64,000 bases of DNA from Acidobacteriota bacterium (lineage in GTDB: Bacteria; Acidobacteriota; UBA6911; RPQK01; JAJDTT01), in the NCBI GenBank assembly GCA_965217775.1, contig CBDCJH010000002.1:3072001-3136000 (forward strand). Direction: 5' to 3'. The translations under genes and the position numbers were made by a program. Under the pieces are notes generated by a model that did no database searches, was not told the DNA's origin, and saw only the letters and a program-made list of their open reading frames with translations. Below, in pieces: positions 49,791 through 60,245 of this stretch; within the stretch, counting starts at the first letter, position 1, and the number at the start of each line of letters is the position of its first letter.

Positions 49791-51239
49791 TCAGCCGTCG
49801 AATTCGGCCGGACGCCTGTGAGCCCAGGGCCGGGCCTGCTCGAAAGCCGCCGAAGCGGCCAGCACCGTCTCTTCGTCTCCCCAACGGCCCACGATCTGCA
49901 GCCCGATGGGCATCCCGTCGCCGGAGAAGCCACACGGGACACTGGCGGCCGGATTCTCCGACAAGTTGAACGGGAAGGTAAAGGGGAAGAAGCGCCAAGA
50001 CGGATTGGAGAGCCGGCGGCCCGCCACCACCTCCGGTGGCCGGCCGATGGGAAACGCCGGCACCGAGGTCACGGGGGTGAGAAGGAGATCGTATCGGCCG
50101 AACAGGCGCGCCGTCTCGGCCCGATAGAATCCGATTCTGTTGAGCGCCCGGTAACAGTCCGCCGCGGACAGGCCGCGGCCGTGCTCCAGCGTGGCCCTGA
50201 AATAGTCGGTGAGTTGTTCCCGGGACCCGGGATCGTCCAGCAACTGACCGAGGCAGGCGTAGCCCTTGGCCGAGAAGTAGTCGAAGAAGAACTGGAACAT
50301 CTCATCGTTGGGTTCGGGGCCGAAGGCGACCTCCTCCACTCGGGAGCCCAACTCCTCGAAGACCCGGGCCGCTTCCGAAACCCGCTCCGTCACCTGGGGA
50401 TCCACGGCGGCTCCCCCCAGATCCAGATTGAGCGCGACCCTCAGGCCGCCGACTCCCCGGCCCAGCGCCGCCTCGAAGTCGGGAGGCTCCTCTTGGATGG
50501 TTCCGTACTCGGCGTCCGGAGCGGGCCCGGCCAATGCAGCCGCCAGGATGGCGGCGTCCCGCACCGTCCGGGTCATGGGACCGACCGACGAGTTGTTGAT
50601 GGGGTTCCAGGAGCTCATGTCCGCGTGGCGGCGCGGGATGCGGCCCTGGGTGGCCTTGAGCCCGAAGATCCCGTTCAGAGCGCAGGGGATGCGGACGCTC
50701 CCGCCCCCGTCGCTGCCCTGGGCCACGGCGGCAAGCCCGGCGGCCACCGCCGCGCCCGCGCCCCCGCTGGAGCCGCCGGACGTCCTTTCGGTGTTCCAGG
50801 GATTGCGGCAGGGACCATAGACCAGATTCTCGGTGGTCCCCGAGAAGCCGAACTCGGGGGTATTGGTCTTTCCGATGATGATCCCGCCGGCGTTCTTTAC
50901 CCGCTCCACGCAGAGGGCGTCACTGGCGGCGATTTCTTCCGCCGGGACCGAGCCGTGGGTGAAACGGACGCCCTTGACGCCTTCCAGATCCTTGATGGGC
51001 ACGGGAATACCGTGCAGCGGTCCCAGAGGGTCCCCTGCCAGGACGGCCGCCTCCGCCTGCCGCGCCTGCTCCAGAGCCAGATCGTCGGTCACGGTGATGA
51101 AGGCGCCCAGCCTGGAGTTGTAACGCTCGATCCGTTCCAGCGTGGCCTCCACCAACTCCACCGGCGACAGTTCCTTGGCCGCGATGAGTTCCCGGAGCCG
51201 ATAGAGGGGCAGATACGCCAGTTCGTGGTCCAAAGCCAT
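49791..51239 (-). CDS. Amidase signature family protein
   Basis: GPLHGIPVPIKDL, GKTNTPEFG, GGSSGG, GSDGGGSVRIP. Confidence 0.95.
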   Translation of the reverse strand: MALDHELAYLPLYRLRELIAAKELSPVELVEATLERIERYNSRLGAFITVTDDLALEQARQAEAAVLAGDPLGPLHGIPVPIKDLEGVKGVRFTHGSVPAEEIAASDALCVERVKNAGGIIIGKTNTPEFGFSGTTENLVYGPCRNPWNTERTSGGSSGGAGAAVAAGLAAVAQGSDGGGSVRIPCALNGIFGLKATQGRIPRRHADMSSWNPINNSSVGPMTRTVRDAAILAAALAGPAPDAEYGTIQEEPPDFEAALGRGVGGLRVALNLDLGGAAVDPQVTERVSEAARVFEELGSRVEEVAFGPEPNDEMFQFFFDYFSAKGYACLGQLLDDPGSREQLTDYFRATLEHGRGLSAADCYRALNRIGFYRAETARLFGRYDLLLTPVTSVPAFPIGRPPEVVAGRRLSNPSWRFFPFTFPFNLSENPAASVPCGFSGDGMPIGLQIVGRWGDEETVLAASAAFEQARPWAHRRPAEFDG

Positions 51240-51314
51240 GGTGCTATGTCTCCGTTCGCATTCCCGATCCCGCCGCTCCAGTAGACCCCGCCGGCTTCAG
51301 CCCGGCAACGGTCA

Positions 51315-52112
51315 TTATCCCATGGCCGCGCCGCCGTCCACGCAGATGGTCTGTCCCGTGATGTTGCGGGCGTCGTCCGAGGCCAGAAAGGCCGCCAACT
51401 GGCCGATGTCCTCCGGAGTCTGCTCCCGCTGCATGGGAATGTTGTCCTTGACATATTTTTCGAACATCGGGCGAGGCTCCAGTCCGGCGTAGTCGGAATG
51501 CGCGGCGATCATGGGAGCCAACCGGTGCCAGAAGGGGGACCAGATCATCCCCGGGCAGATCGCGTTCACGGTGACATTGTAGGGGGCCAGGTCCTTGGCC
51601 GTGACCCGGGTCAGACTCAGCACGGCGTTCTTGGCAGCCGTGTAGTCAGGAAGGATCTGGGCATCCCGCCGGGCGGCAATGGAGGAGATGTTGATGATCT
51701 TGCCGTAACGCCGCTCCATCATGTGCGGCGCCACCGCCTTGGAGAGCAGGAAGGGACCCTTGACGTTGACCCGGTAGCAGTTGTCCCAGTCCTCTTCCTC
51801 CTGATTCGTGAAGGGCAAGCCGAGCCGGCGGCCGAAGAGCCCCGCATTGTTGACCAGGACGTCGATCTTGGAGAACGCCTTCAGGCCGGCTTCCACCAGA
51901 TCGAGACAATCCTGAGCGACGGTGACGTCCGCCCGGACCGTCAGGGATCCCCGCCCCTCATCCCGCACCTGGGAGGCACAGCGTTCCGCCGCCTCCAGGT
52001 CGATGTCCGACACCACCACGTCCGCCCCTTCCCGAGCCAGAGCCAGACAGATGCCGGAGCCGATGCCACCCCCGCCGCCGGTCACCACGGCGACCCGATC
52101 CTGCAAGCGCAT
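51315..52112 (-). CDS. SDR family oxidoreductase
   Basis: TGGGGGIG, NNAG, YTAAK, NAICPG. Confidence 0.95.
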   Translation of the reverse strand: MRLQDRVAVVTGGGGGIGSGICLALAREGADVVVSDIDLEAAERCASQVRDEGRGSLTVRADVTVAQDCLDLVEAGLKAFSKIDVLVNNAGLFGRRLGLPFTNQEEEDWDNCYRVNVKGPFLLSKAVAPHMMERRYGKIINISSIAARRDAQILPDYTAAKNAVLSLTRVTAKDLAPYNVTVNAICPGMIWSPFWHRLAPMIAAHSDYAGLEPRPMFEKYVKDNIPMQREQTPEDIGQLAAFLASDDARNITGQTICVDGGAAMG

Positions 52113-52260
52113 GATTGATCTCCTTACGGGTTCCAGTGAGTGAAAACGGCGGCAGAATACACTTGTGCCGAACTGAAAGACAATGAGTGCGGGTCCTCGG
52201 GGGCGGCGGGTCGAGCCGATTCGATCTGTTAAACTGGCCGCGCGCTTGAGCCGCGCCGCC

Positions 52261-52449
52261 ATGTCATCGACGCTTTCGGATTTTCTCTCCCAGCTTCGTT
52301 TCCCCTACCTGTTTCTCCTCACCGCCGCCGTCTTCTTCCCGGACGTCCTGGTCCCCGATCTCGTTCCGTTTGCGGACGAGATCCTGCTGGGCTTGGGAAC
52401 CCTCCTGCTGTCGAGGCTCAAGAGGAACAGAAGCGATGGGGCAGGTTAA
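52261..52449 (+). CDS. Small membrane protein (DUF6116-like), copy 1
   Basis: LRFPYLFLLT...PDLVPFADEILLGLGTLLL; extended -10 TGtTAAACT upstream; duplicated at 57424. Confidence 0.75.
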   Translation: MSSTLSDFLSQLRFPYLFLLTAAVFFPDVLVPDLVPFADEILLGLGTLLLSRLKRNRSDGAG

Positions 52450-52497
52450 GAGTATGTTGACCGAATCCTCAAGTCTCTACCGAATGGAGATGAGAGC

Positions 52498-52722
52498 ATG
52501 AATTCCGAACTCATTCAATCCGATCCCGCGGTCATGATGGGGAAGCCTGTCGTCGCGGGAACCCGCATTACCGTTGAGTTGATTCTGGAAAAGCTCTCCG
52601 CAGGTGAGACTGTGGATGAAATTCTCGATGCCCATCCTCGTTTGACCAGGGAAGGCGTTCTGGCAGCCTTGAGTTTTGCAGCTCGCGCCCTGCGCGCCGA
52701 TGTCCTTTATCCAACCGCATGA
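52498..52722 (+). CDS. DUF433 family antitoxin
   Basis: DPAVMMGKPVVAGTRITVELILE...ILDAHPRL...AALSFA. Confidence 0.92.
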   Translation: MNSELIQSDPAVMMGKPVVAGTRITVELILEKLSAGETVDEILDAHPRLTREGVLAALSFAARALRADVLYPTA

Positions 52723-52731
52723 ACAGGGTAC

Positions 52732-53106
52732 ATGAACCTTCTGGCGGATGAAGGCGTGGACAAGCCTATCGTTGACCGTTTGCGCCGGGATGGTCACACC
52801 GTACTGTACATTGCGGAGTTGGACCCATGGTCCGAAGAGGCCCAGCGCCAAGTAGGCAGGGCGCCTGGCCTGAGTTACGTTGGCGGCTACGGAGAGGATG
52901 GGAGGATTCTTTTTGATGATCGATGTCCGATTCTCGAGGAAGGGACTGTAGTTTATCGGAAGGACGGGAAGCCTTTTCCTTCGACGGCTTCGACCATCGA
53001 AATGCCACACCGTGTGAGTGCAATAGACCAGTTTGCCGCACCGGAAGACCTCAAAGACCTCAAAGTCAGGCACGACAGCAGACGGAGTAGTTGGGACATT
53101 TCATGA
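52732..53106 (+). pseudogene. DUF5615 PIN-like toxin, only about 32 N-terminal aa recognisable, fused to unrelated sequence
   Basis: MNLLADEGVDKPIVDRLRRDGHTVLYIAELDP; no downstream T.D.DF motif. Confidence 0.7.
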
Positions 53107-53375
53107 AGCACAAATCTGTAACGCTGACCGCACTCGTATTGTTTACGGCGTGGACAACTGCCTCAGGGCCGGCAAAGCAGGCAACCGGCGAAACGGCTTT
53201 GAATAAAAGGCTAGGAACTTGGACGTCCCAAATCGAATTCAAGCCGGCGGCATGGTCGCTCCAGGCCAGAGAATTGTCCGGAACCGTTCAAGCCGAGTGG
53301 ATTCTGAGTGACCGGTACCAGCAGATTTCCCGAAACCCGTCTTCCTGGCTGGGTCACCAGCCAGAACACCGCTAA
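53103..53375 (+). pseudogene. Truncated secreted protein (DUF1579-like)
   Basis: Signal peptide, LGTW...EWILSDRY, early stop; paralogous 5' end at 62766. Confidence 0.5.
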
Positions 53376-53439
53376 CAGAAAGGGAATTCGGTGATCCGGT
53401 CCTCGGTCAATGGAGGGATCGAGGCAATGTGAGGGGTAA

Positions 53440-53474
53440 CGGTGAGGGGATAGAGCGAATCTACCCCCTCACCG
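53440..53474 (-). terminator. Strong stem-loop downstream of the TonB receptor
   Basis: CGGTGAGGGG.TAGA-gcgaa-TCTA.CCCCTCACCG, 14 nt after the stop; weak U-tract. Confidence 0.55.
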
Positions 53475-53488
53475 AGATTGGTATCCAG

Positions 53489-56400
53489 CTAATAGTAGAA
53501 TTTCAGTCCAAACTGGAGGTCCCTGGCCTCCAGAGCCGAGCCGATCGCACCAAAGCTGCTGGACGCAAAGCTGTTCTGCGGGATCAGGAAATTGGTGTGG
53601 TTGGTGAGGTTGAAGGCCTCGAAGCGAAATTCGACCCGGGTGTTCTCGGACGTCCGGAACTGTCGGAGGATAGACAGATCCAGGTTGACGATACCCGGGC
53701 CCTCCAGGCTGCCCCTCCCGGCGTTGCCGTAGGATAAGGGAGGAGGCACCGAGTAAGCCGAGGTGTCAAACCACCTTTCAGGTCTTCTTGTTCCGGAGCC
53801 CAGGTTTGGATTCCCGCTTACCTGGGGCCGCTGGTTGCTGTTGCTGCCGACGTCGAGGCGATCCAGATCAAAGGGCGTGAACCAAAGTCCCTTCTGGAGC
53901 GTCAGCAACCCATACAAACTCCAGCCTCCCAGGATCTTTCCGGCAGCGGTATCCGACCCACGGGCCCAACCGGGACCGAAGGGAATATCGTATCCCATCA
54001 TCAGGGCCAGTCGACCGGGGATGTTCGCCTCGCCCCGTCCTCGATTGTCCCTGAGGGTCCGGTTGCGGGAGACCGTCCTGGGGTCGAAGTTGCCCACGAA
54101 ACGCCCCCCCATGGTGTCGAGACTCTTGGACCAGGTATAGGCCATCAGCGCGGTCAGGCCCTCCGGTCCCGGCCTTTTCTCGACCTTGACCTCCAGTCCG
54201 TTGTAGTTCTTGTCTCCGTTCCCTGCCAGGTAGTGATACCGCTGGATGGCCGGGTAGGGCCGGCGACTCTGGCGGTCTCCAGAGCCCGGCGCCGCGTCGT
54301 TCCACTCCATGATCTGCATCTCATGAACCGAGCGGGAACCCTGGTAACCGATTTCGAACAGAGTGTTCCCGCTGAGACGCCGCTGGACCGAAAGACCCCA
54401 GTTGATCACGTACCATTGGGGCATGGGGTCCTGGAATCCTCCGATGTTGGGCAAGCCTCCCCCGACCACTCGGTTGGCCTCGTTGAAGGGATCCGACAGG
54501 GGAAGGTTGGGCGCCGCCGGATCGGAGGTAAACTCGCGGGACCCGGCATTGGGCCGGGGAGTGCTCAAGAGCGCCCCGTAAATCAATCCTCCCGGCGCCT
54601 CGTTGCCGTAGATTCCAAAGCCACTCCGGATGACCGTGTTGTCGGTAGCCCGGTAGGACAACCCCAGACGTGGCTGAAAGCCCGCCTTGGAATGCCGATA
54701 GATGGCCTTGTTGGCCTCGAAGCGTCCGGTTTCCGGAAAAACAGGGTCGGCGATGGTCAGGGGTATGGCAAAGCAGTTGGGAAAAGGAGTGCTCAGGTTC
54801 TGATCCAGGCACTCGGGCTCGATGTTGGTCAGATAGCCTTTCTTGTCGTTGTAACCCGTGCGCAGCTCGTAGCGGAGGCCCAGATTGAGAGTGAACTTGG
54901 GACTGACTTTCCAGCTGTCCTGGAGGTAGAAGTGATGACCTGCCTCCCCGATGTCCAGAAAGCTCTCGGACCCCAACGCCGCCCTGGTCAGGTGACCCAG
55001 TTGAAAGTTGGCGAACCCGTTGCCCGTGTAGCGGTCGTTGCTGAAGCTGAAGTTGGTGCGGCGCTCGAAGCCAAAGATCAGGTACTGGTAGCGCATGTGG
55101 TAGCCGGCCTTGAAGTAGTGGGACCCCTTGGTCCAGCTGATGTTGTTCTTCACCTCCCAGTTGCCTTCCGGAACCGGGCCCTTGATCGAGTGGTCACCGA
55201 CCAGAAGCATCCCAGTGACGCTGGCCCGCGGGATGCCGTCCTGGTCGATCCCCTTCTGGGGCCAGTTGGCAATGTCAAGGGTCTTTCCGTAGCCCTCGGG
55301 GCCGGCGATGTCGAAGCCGGGATTGTAGGGGCGGCGATAGAAGTGAAAGCCGAACTCGTTGACCACGTTGGCTCCGAAGTTCCGGGTGTTGGTCAGATTC
55401 TGTCCGAAGTTGGTGAGTGTATCGGTCTTGGTGAAGAAATCGATCGGGTTCACCCGCAGGTGAGGCGCGTCGTTGTAGAAGAAACGGCCCGCCCAGCGGC
55501 TGTTCTCTCCCGTCTTGAAGTCTATCCTGGCAATGAACTCGTTTGTGTCCCGGGCCGCGTTGGAGGCGCTGATATAGTTGAAGCCTCGTCCTGGAGGCGT
55601 GTTCGCCTCGGGGTAGAAGGTCACCAGCTCCTTATAGACGGAATCGAAGCGGTTCTGGGGAATCCTGTTGTTGGGGAAGGGCTCGCCGGTCATGGGATCG
55701 ATGATCTCCGACGAGTACTGTCCGGCCTTCTCCTCGGTGGTGGGCACGTTTCCGGTCAGGGACCGAAATCGCCGGATCCGCTCTCCGCTGTAGGAAAAGA
55801 ACCACCAGGCCTTGTCCTTGCCGTTCAGCAGGCGTGGAAGCACGATCGGTCCCCCGGCCACGGCGCCGAACTGGTTGCGTTTGAACTCGGGCCTGGGGCC
55901 GGGATCGAAGAAGTTGCGCGCATCCAGGTTGTCGTTACGGTGAAACCAGAACAGGGTCCCGTGCAGATCATTGGTCCCACTCTTGGTGATCAGGCTGAAC
56001 TGGCCTCCCGGCTTGATCCCGTACTCTGCCCCGTAGAGACCGCTCTTGATCTCGAATTCCTGGACGGCGTCCGGGTTGATGCGAAACTCCAGACCGGCAT
56101 TGGTCTCGCTCACCAGCGACCCGTCGATCATGGCGGTGTTGTCCGAGTTGCGCTGCCCCTTGACCACGAAGCTGACTCTGCCCCCCAGCCCGTTTCTCAC
56201 GCCGGGTGCAACCCCGGGCGTGAGCGAGCCCAGGGTACCGAAGACATCCCGCTCGTTGAGGGGCATCTTGATGATCTTCTGGTTGTCGATGACCTGTGCC
56301 AGCTCGGGTGTCTCCGTCTTCAGGATGGGTGCGATGGCGGCGACCTCCACCGTTTCGGCCACCTCGCCCAAGCTCAGCGGGACGTCGATGCGGTAGGTCT

Positions 56401-56695
56401 GGCCCACGTCCAGCTTCAGTCCCGAGCGCACGTCGGTCTTGAAGCCCGGCATGGAGACTCTCAGCTCATACACGCCCGAGACCAGACCCCGCATGGCATA
56501 ATCGCCGGTGTCGCTGGTCAGAGTCGTGACGACCTCGTTGGTGGCCAACCGAGTCAAGTAGACCTCGGCGCCTGGGATGACGGCTCCCGTGCTATCGGAA
56601 ACGGTACCGACGACTGTCGCCTTGTCCCCTTGGCCGAGAAGAAGGCCAAAGCTGAGACCCGTGAACGCTAGGGCAATGAGTCTTTTCCTCATCAT
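53489..56695 (-). CDS. TonB-dependent receptor, Oar-like (carboxypeptidase-regulatory N-domain)
   Basis: GTVSDSTGAVIPGA, PDAVQEF, TKSGTNDLHG, ARNFF, RNQFG, FEAFNLTNHTNF, terminal LQFGLKFYY. Confidence 0.95.
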   Translation of the reverse strand: MMRKRLIALAFTGLSFGLLLGQGDKATVVGTVSDSTGAVIPGAEVYLTRLATNEVVTTLTSDTGDYAMRGLVSGVYELRVSMPGFKTDVRSGLKLDVGQTYRIDVPLSLGEVAETVEVAAIAPILKTETPELAQVIDNQKIIKMPLNERDVFGTLGSLTPGVAPGVRNGLGGRVSFVVKGQRNSDNTAMIDGSLVSETNAGLEFRINPDAVQEFEIKSGLYGAEYGIKPGGQFSLITKSGTNDLHGTLFWFHRNDNLDARNFFDPGPRPEFKRNQFGAVAGGPIVLPRLLNGKDKAWWFFSYSGERIRRFRSLTGNVPTTEEKAGQYSSEIIDPMTGEPFPNNRIPQNRFDSVYKELVTFYPEANTPPGRGFNYISASNAARDTNEFIARIDFKTGENSRWAGRFFYNDAPHLRVNPIDFFTKTDTLTNFGQNLTNTRNFGANVVNEFGFHFYRRPYNPGFDIAGPEGYGKTLDIANWPQKGIDQDGIPRASVTGMLLVGDHSIKGPVPEGNWEVKNNISWTKGSHYFKAGYHMRYQYLIFGFERRTNFSFSNDRYTGNGFANFQLGHLTRAALGSESFLDIGEAGHHFYLQDSWKVSPKFTLNLGLRYELRTGYNDKKGYLTNIEPECLDQNLSTPFPNCFAIPLTIADPVFPETGRFEANKAIYRHSKAGFQPRLGLSYRATDNTVIRSGFGIYGNEAPGGLIYGALLSTPRPNAGSREFTSDPAAPNLPLSDPFNEANRVVGGGLPNIGGFQDPMPQWYVINWGLSVQRRLSGNTLFEIGYQGSRSVHEMQIMEWNDAAPGSGDRQSRRPYPAIQRYHYLAGNGDKNYNGLEVKVEKRPGPEGLTALMAYTWSKSLDTMGGRFVGNFDPRTVSRNRTLRDNRGRGEANIPGRLALMMGYDIPFGPGWARGSDTAAGKILGGWSLYGLLTLQKGLWFTPFDLDRLDVGSNSNQRPQVSGNPNLGSGTRRPERWFDTSAYSVPPPLSYGNAGRGSLEGPGIVNLDLSILRQFRTSENTRVEFRFEAFNLTNHTNFLIPQNSFASSSFGAIGSALEARDLQFGLKFYY

Positions 56696-56738
56696 TGCCT
56701 CCTTTTGTAGTCTGAAGGTGGTGGGCTAACTTGTGGCA

Positions 56739-56767
56739 ATCATATCATTTACCGAAAATGATGGCAA
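56739..56767 (-). promoter_or_regulatory. Sigma70 promoter TTGCCA-N17-TATGAT with palindromic spacer
   Basis: TTGCCA TCATTTTCGGTAAATGA TATGAT; ATCATTT-N5-AAATGAT inverted repeat. Confidence 0.7.
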
Positions 56768-56929
56768 GCACGCGAGTCCCGAACTTTTCACATTTTTCCG
56801 GAGGTTCATTTCCGGAGGTTCAGCAGAACAGGGTAAGCAGATTCGTGCGAGGATCGCGACGAGGCGGTCCAATACCGGTGGCACGGTCGAACCAGAGCTG
56901 GTTGATCCCATCCGCAATCGCGTAGAAAC

Positions 56930-57330
56930 GGAACTCGGGTCAGAACTCGGATGGCTTCCAACCGATAGCCCTGCTTGATAGACCGGATCGTCTCTTCGAC
57001 CCGCCATATGCTCTTTCGGGACCGGGTCACCTTTCGGTTCGTGAGCAGCATCAGCGGCTTCTGACCCATTCCATCCACCACCAGGGTCAGCGTCTGGTCC
57101 GAACCGGGAAAACGCACCTTCCGAGCCCCGAACTCCAGGTCGTAGACCGTCTCCCCGAACTCGTCTCTTTGATCACCACTTCCCGGTCCCGGCGCCGGCA
57201 GGCGTCGGCCCACTTCCGGACACTCTTGCGTTGGGCACTGGAGCTCGGATGCCGGTCTCCACGAGTCGCGCACGACGAACCGACGGCCTTGATGGAGCCC
57301 GAATCGGGAACTTCCTTGGGCAAGGTCCAC
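56930..57330 (-). pseudogene. IS4-like DDE transposase remnant
   Basis: LTLVVDGMGQKPLMLLTN...WRVEETIRSIKQGYRLEAIRVL; truncated, boundaries approximate. Confidence 0.7.
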
Positions 57331-57423
57331 TTGTGAGGCAACAGGATTGGCGCAGGCGGTTGGGGACGACCGGTCGAGCCGATTCGATCTGTTAAACTGG
57401 CCGCGCTTTCGAGCCGCGACAAC

Positions 57424-57612
57424 ATGCCATCGGCAATTTCGGATTTCCTCTCCCAGCTTCGCTTTCCCTACCTTTTCCTACTCACGGCCGGAGTCTTTTT
57501 TCTGGACCTCCTGGTTCCCGATCTCGTTCCTTTTGCCGACGAAATCCTGTTGGGGTTGGGAACCCTGCTGCTGTCGCGACTCAAGAGGAACAGAAGCGAT
57601 GGGGCGGGTTAA
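57424..57612 (+). CDS. Small membrane protein (DUF6116-like), copy 2
   Basis: Near-identical to 52261-52449, including the upstream region. Confidence 0.78.
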   Translation: MPSAISDFLSQLRFPYLFLLTAGVFFLDLLVPDLVPFADEILLGLGTLLLSRLKRNRSDGAG

Positions 57613-57763
57613 CCCGCATTTCTCACCAGGGGGCGCGATGATCGCGGTGGAATCGAGACAATGTTCCTTTCAAGAGACGCGGCCGCGCTGTCGACACGCG
57701 GACGGGGCATTTCAGATTCTTCAAGATTCTGAAGTTCGTGGGGCTTGAGACTCATCTCCGGGA

Positions 57764-58369
57764 TTGGGAATCTCAGTGAGGTTGGACAGGCGAAAGATCA
57801 TCCGAGTGCTGGCCGGGATCCTCTTTGCGCTGGCAACCATCAAGATTCACTACGAGGTCAAAGTCGAGATGGGGCGGGGTGGGTCCGGAGACACCGGCCG
57901 GCTCGAGAATGTCCAAGTCGGGAGCGAGTCATCCGATTTTTCCGCAACCGACCTCCAGGGACGACAGGTCACGCTCTCGGAATTCCGGGACCACAAGGTG
58001 GTCGTGGTCGATTTCTGGGCGACCTGGTGTGCGCCCTGCGTGATGGCGATGCCGAAGCTGCAAGAACTACACGACGAATTCAAGGGACGGGAGGTGGAAG
58101 TTCTGGCGGTGAACCTGGGCGAAGATCCCGACCTCGTGCGACGCTTTTTGGAACGGAAGAAATACACCTTTCGAGTGGTGGTGGACCGGAAACGGGTCAT
58201 CGGCAACCGGTTCGGCGTCAGGGCAATCCCCGCATTGGTGGTGATCGATACGGATGGCCGAGTCGGGTGGATCCGGGTCGGTTACAACCCGGACAGGGCG
58301 GATGAGTTGCGGCAGGTGTTGGAGCGTCTGAATCAGGAGCGGCGCTCCGACGGGTCGGGTGCAACGTAA
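57764..58369 (+). CDS. TlpA/ResA-like thiol-disulfide oxidoreductase
   Basis: DFWATWCAPC, N-terminal TM, AIPALVVID. Confidence 0.93.
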   Translation: MGISVRLDRRKIIRVLAGILFALATIKIHYEVKVEMGRGGSGDTGRLENVQVGSESSDFSATDLQGRQVTLSEFRDHKVVVVDFWATWCAPCVMAMPKLQELHDEFKGREVEVLAVNLGEDPDLVRRFLERKKYTFRVVVDRKRVIGNRFGVRAIPALVVIDTDGRVGWIRVGYNPDRADELRQVLERLNQERRSDGSGAT

Positions 58370-58379
58370 GAAATTTTAG

Positions 58380-59291
58380 ATGAGCGTCATCCGGACCGAA
58401 AATCTGGGAAAGACCTACTCAGGAGGCACGGTCGCCCTGACCGGGCTCGATATCGAAGTGAACGCGGGCGAGGTGTTCGGCTTCCTCGGTCCCAATGGCG
58501 CCGGCAAGTCCACGACAATTCAGTTGCTCCTGGATTTCATCCGGCCCACCACGGGAAGGGCGTATCTGTTCGATCAACCGGTTGCCTGCACCGAGACCCG
58601 ACGGCGACTCGGTTACCTGCCCGAGTCGGTGAATCTCCACCGCTACTACAGCGGCCGGCGCTTGCTTGAATTCTACGCGGCGCTGCTTGGGGTTGAACCC
58701 GCAGAACGTTCAAAGCGGGCCGTGGATCTGCTGGAACAAGTGGGCCTATCGGACGTCGCGGAACAAGAGATCTCCCGTTACTCCAAGGGCATGCTGCAGC
58801 GGCTGGGGCTGGCGCAAGCTCTGCTCAACAATCCCGAATTGTTGATACTGGACGAACCTACGTCCAATCTCGACCCGGTCGCGCGCCGGGATTTCCGCAC
58901 TATCCTTCTGGAGTTCAAGGCGAGCGGAAAAACGGTCTTCATCTGTTCGCACATACTCTCCGAAGTCGAATCCCTGTGTGACCGAGTGGCCATTCTGCAA
59001 AAGGGACTACTCAGCCAAGTCGGCACACTGGAGGAGTTGTCCGCCGCAGAAGGTTCCCGGATCGTGGTCAGGGACCTGCCGGCGGGAGCCATCGGGGCAC
59101 TGTCCGCGACCTCTGCGCGATTGACCCTCGAAGGGGGAAAGGCTGTCATCGAGTGTGGCGACGAGAGGGTACGCCGTGAGGTGGAGCAGTTGCTGCGAAA
59201 CCGCGGGGTGGATATCGAGCGTGTCGAAACCGAAAGAGAATCTTTGGAGGAGATCTTTTTTGGCGCCATCGACGGAGAGGAGGCGTCATGA
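58380..59291 (+). CDS. ABC transporter ATP-binding protein
   Basis: GPNGAGKST, YSKGM, LILDEP, SH. Confidence 0.95.
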   Translation: MSVIRTENLGKTYSGGTVALTGLDIEVNAGEVFGFLGPNGAGKSTTIQLLLDFIRPTTGRAYLFDQPVACTETRRRLGYLPESVNLHRYYSGRRLLEFYAALLGVEPAERSKRAVDLLEQVGLSDVAEQEISRYSKGMLQRLGLAQALLNNPELLILDEPTSNLDPVARRDFRTILLEFKASGKTVFICSHILSEVESLCDRVAILQKGLLSQVGTLEELSAAEGSRIVVRDLPAGAIGALSATSARLTLEGGKAVIECGDERVRREVEQLLRNRGVDIERVETERESLEEIFFGAIDGEEAS

Positions 59292-60091
59292 GAGTCATTT
59301 TCCTGATCGCGGCCGACAGTATTCGCGCTCTCCTGCATCAACGTCTGCTGGTGGCGCTCATGCTCTTGACGATGATCTTGACCATCCTGTTCTCGGTGTG
59401 GCTGACCGACGTGCAGGAAGAGATGCTCAAGAACGCCGAAGCCGTGGCTGAGATGAACGACAACGAATTGGATGACGCCGACTTGGAAAGTGTGCGTCAA
59501 GACATGGCCATGGCGGGCTCCATGGTCCTGGCGATTTTCTATTGGCTCGCAGGCTTGGCAGGCACAATCGTGGCGCTGTTCGTTTGCGCCAGTGCCGTCA
59601 CGGGCGATATCCGTCGCGGCACGCTCTCCATTGTCCTGGCCAAACCGGTGTCTCGCGCGCAGTTTCTGCTCGGAAAATACTGCGGTGCGGTCGCCGTCGT
59701 GTTCGGGTACTCGGCATTGATCGGCGTCGCTCTCACGATCTTCACCTACGCAAATCAGTTCGACCTGAGTCCGGCAGCCCGGTACGCGCCTTGGCTCATA
59801 TTCTGCCAAAGCATCATGGCAGGATCCGTGGTTCTCTTCCTGTCGCTGCTGATGCACCCGCTCATCGCCGCCATCCTGACCTTTTTCGCCAACGCCGGAT
59901 TCTTCTCGTCCCCCAATCCCGTCTATTTCATTCTGCCGAGCTATGACCGGTTCAACGTCTTCAGCCTGATCGTCAAAGGAAATCTGATCCCTCTGGAAGA
60001 CGTGCTCATGCTCACACTCTACGCTTTCGATGTCGCGGCGATCTTCCTGCTGTTGGCGCTGTGGCGGTTTCGTTTCAAGGAATTGCTATAA
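59288..60091 (+). CDS. ABC-2 type permease
   Basis: DIRRGTLSIVLAKPVSRAQFLLGKY; multiple TM segments. Confidence 0.9.
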   Translation: MRVIFLIAADSIRALLHQRLLVALMLLTMILTILFSVWLTDVQEEMLKNAEAVAEMNDNELDDADLESVRQDMAMAGSMVLAIFYWLAGLAGTIVALFVCASAVTGDIRRGTLSIVLAKPVSRAQFLLGKYCGAVAVVFGYSALIGVALTIFTYANQFDLSPAARYAPWLIFCQSIMAGSVVLFLSLLMHPLIAAILTFFANAGFFSSPNPVYFILPSYDRFNVFSLIVKGNLIPLEDVLMLTLYAFDVAAIFLLLALWRFRFKELL

Positions 60092-60245
60092 ATCCGCACC
60101 TCCCAACAATTGAACAATCAACGGATCTTCCAGTCCCTTTCAGGACAAAGCTTGGCTGGCTGTTCAGGGCAACCTGTCTGCCGGACCCGTTGACCGTGGC
60201 GGTGTCACGCGGGACTGTCACCCCGATCAGCCGTCGGAGGTAGCG

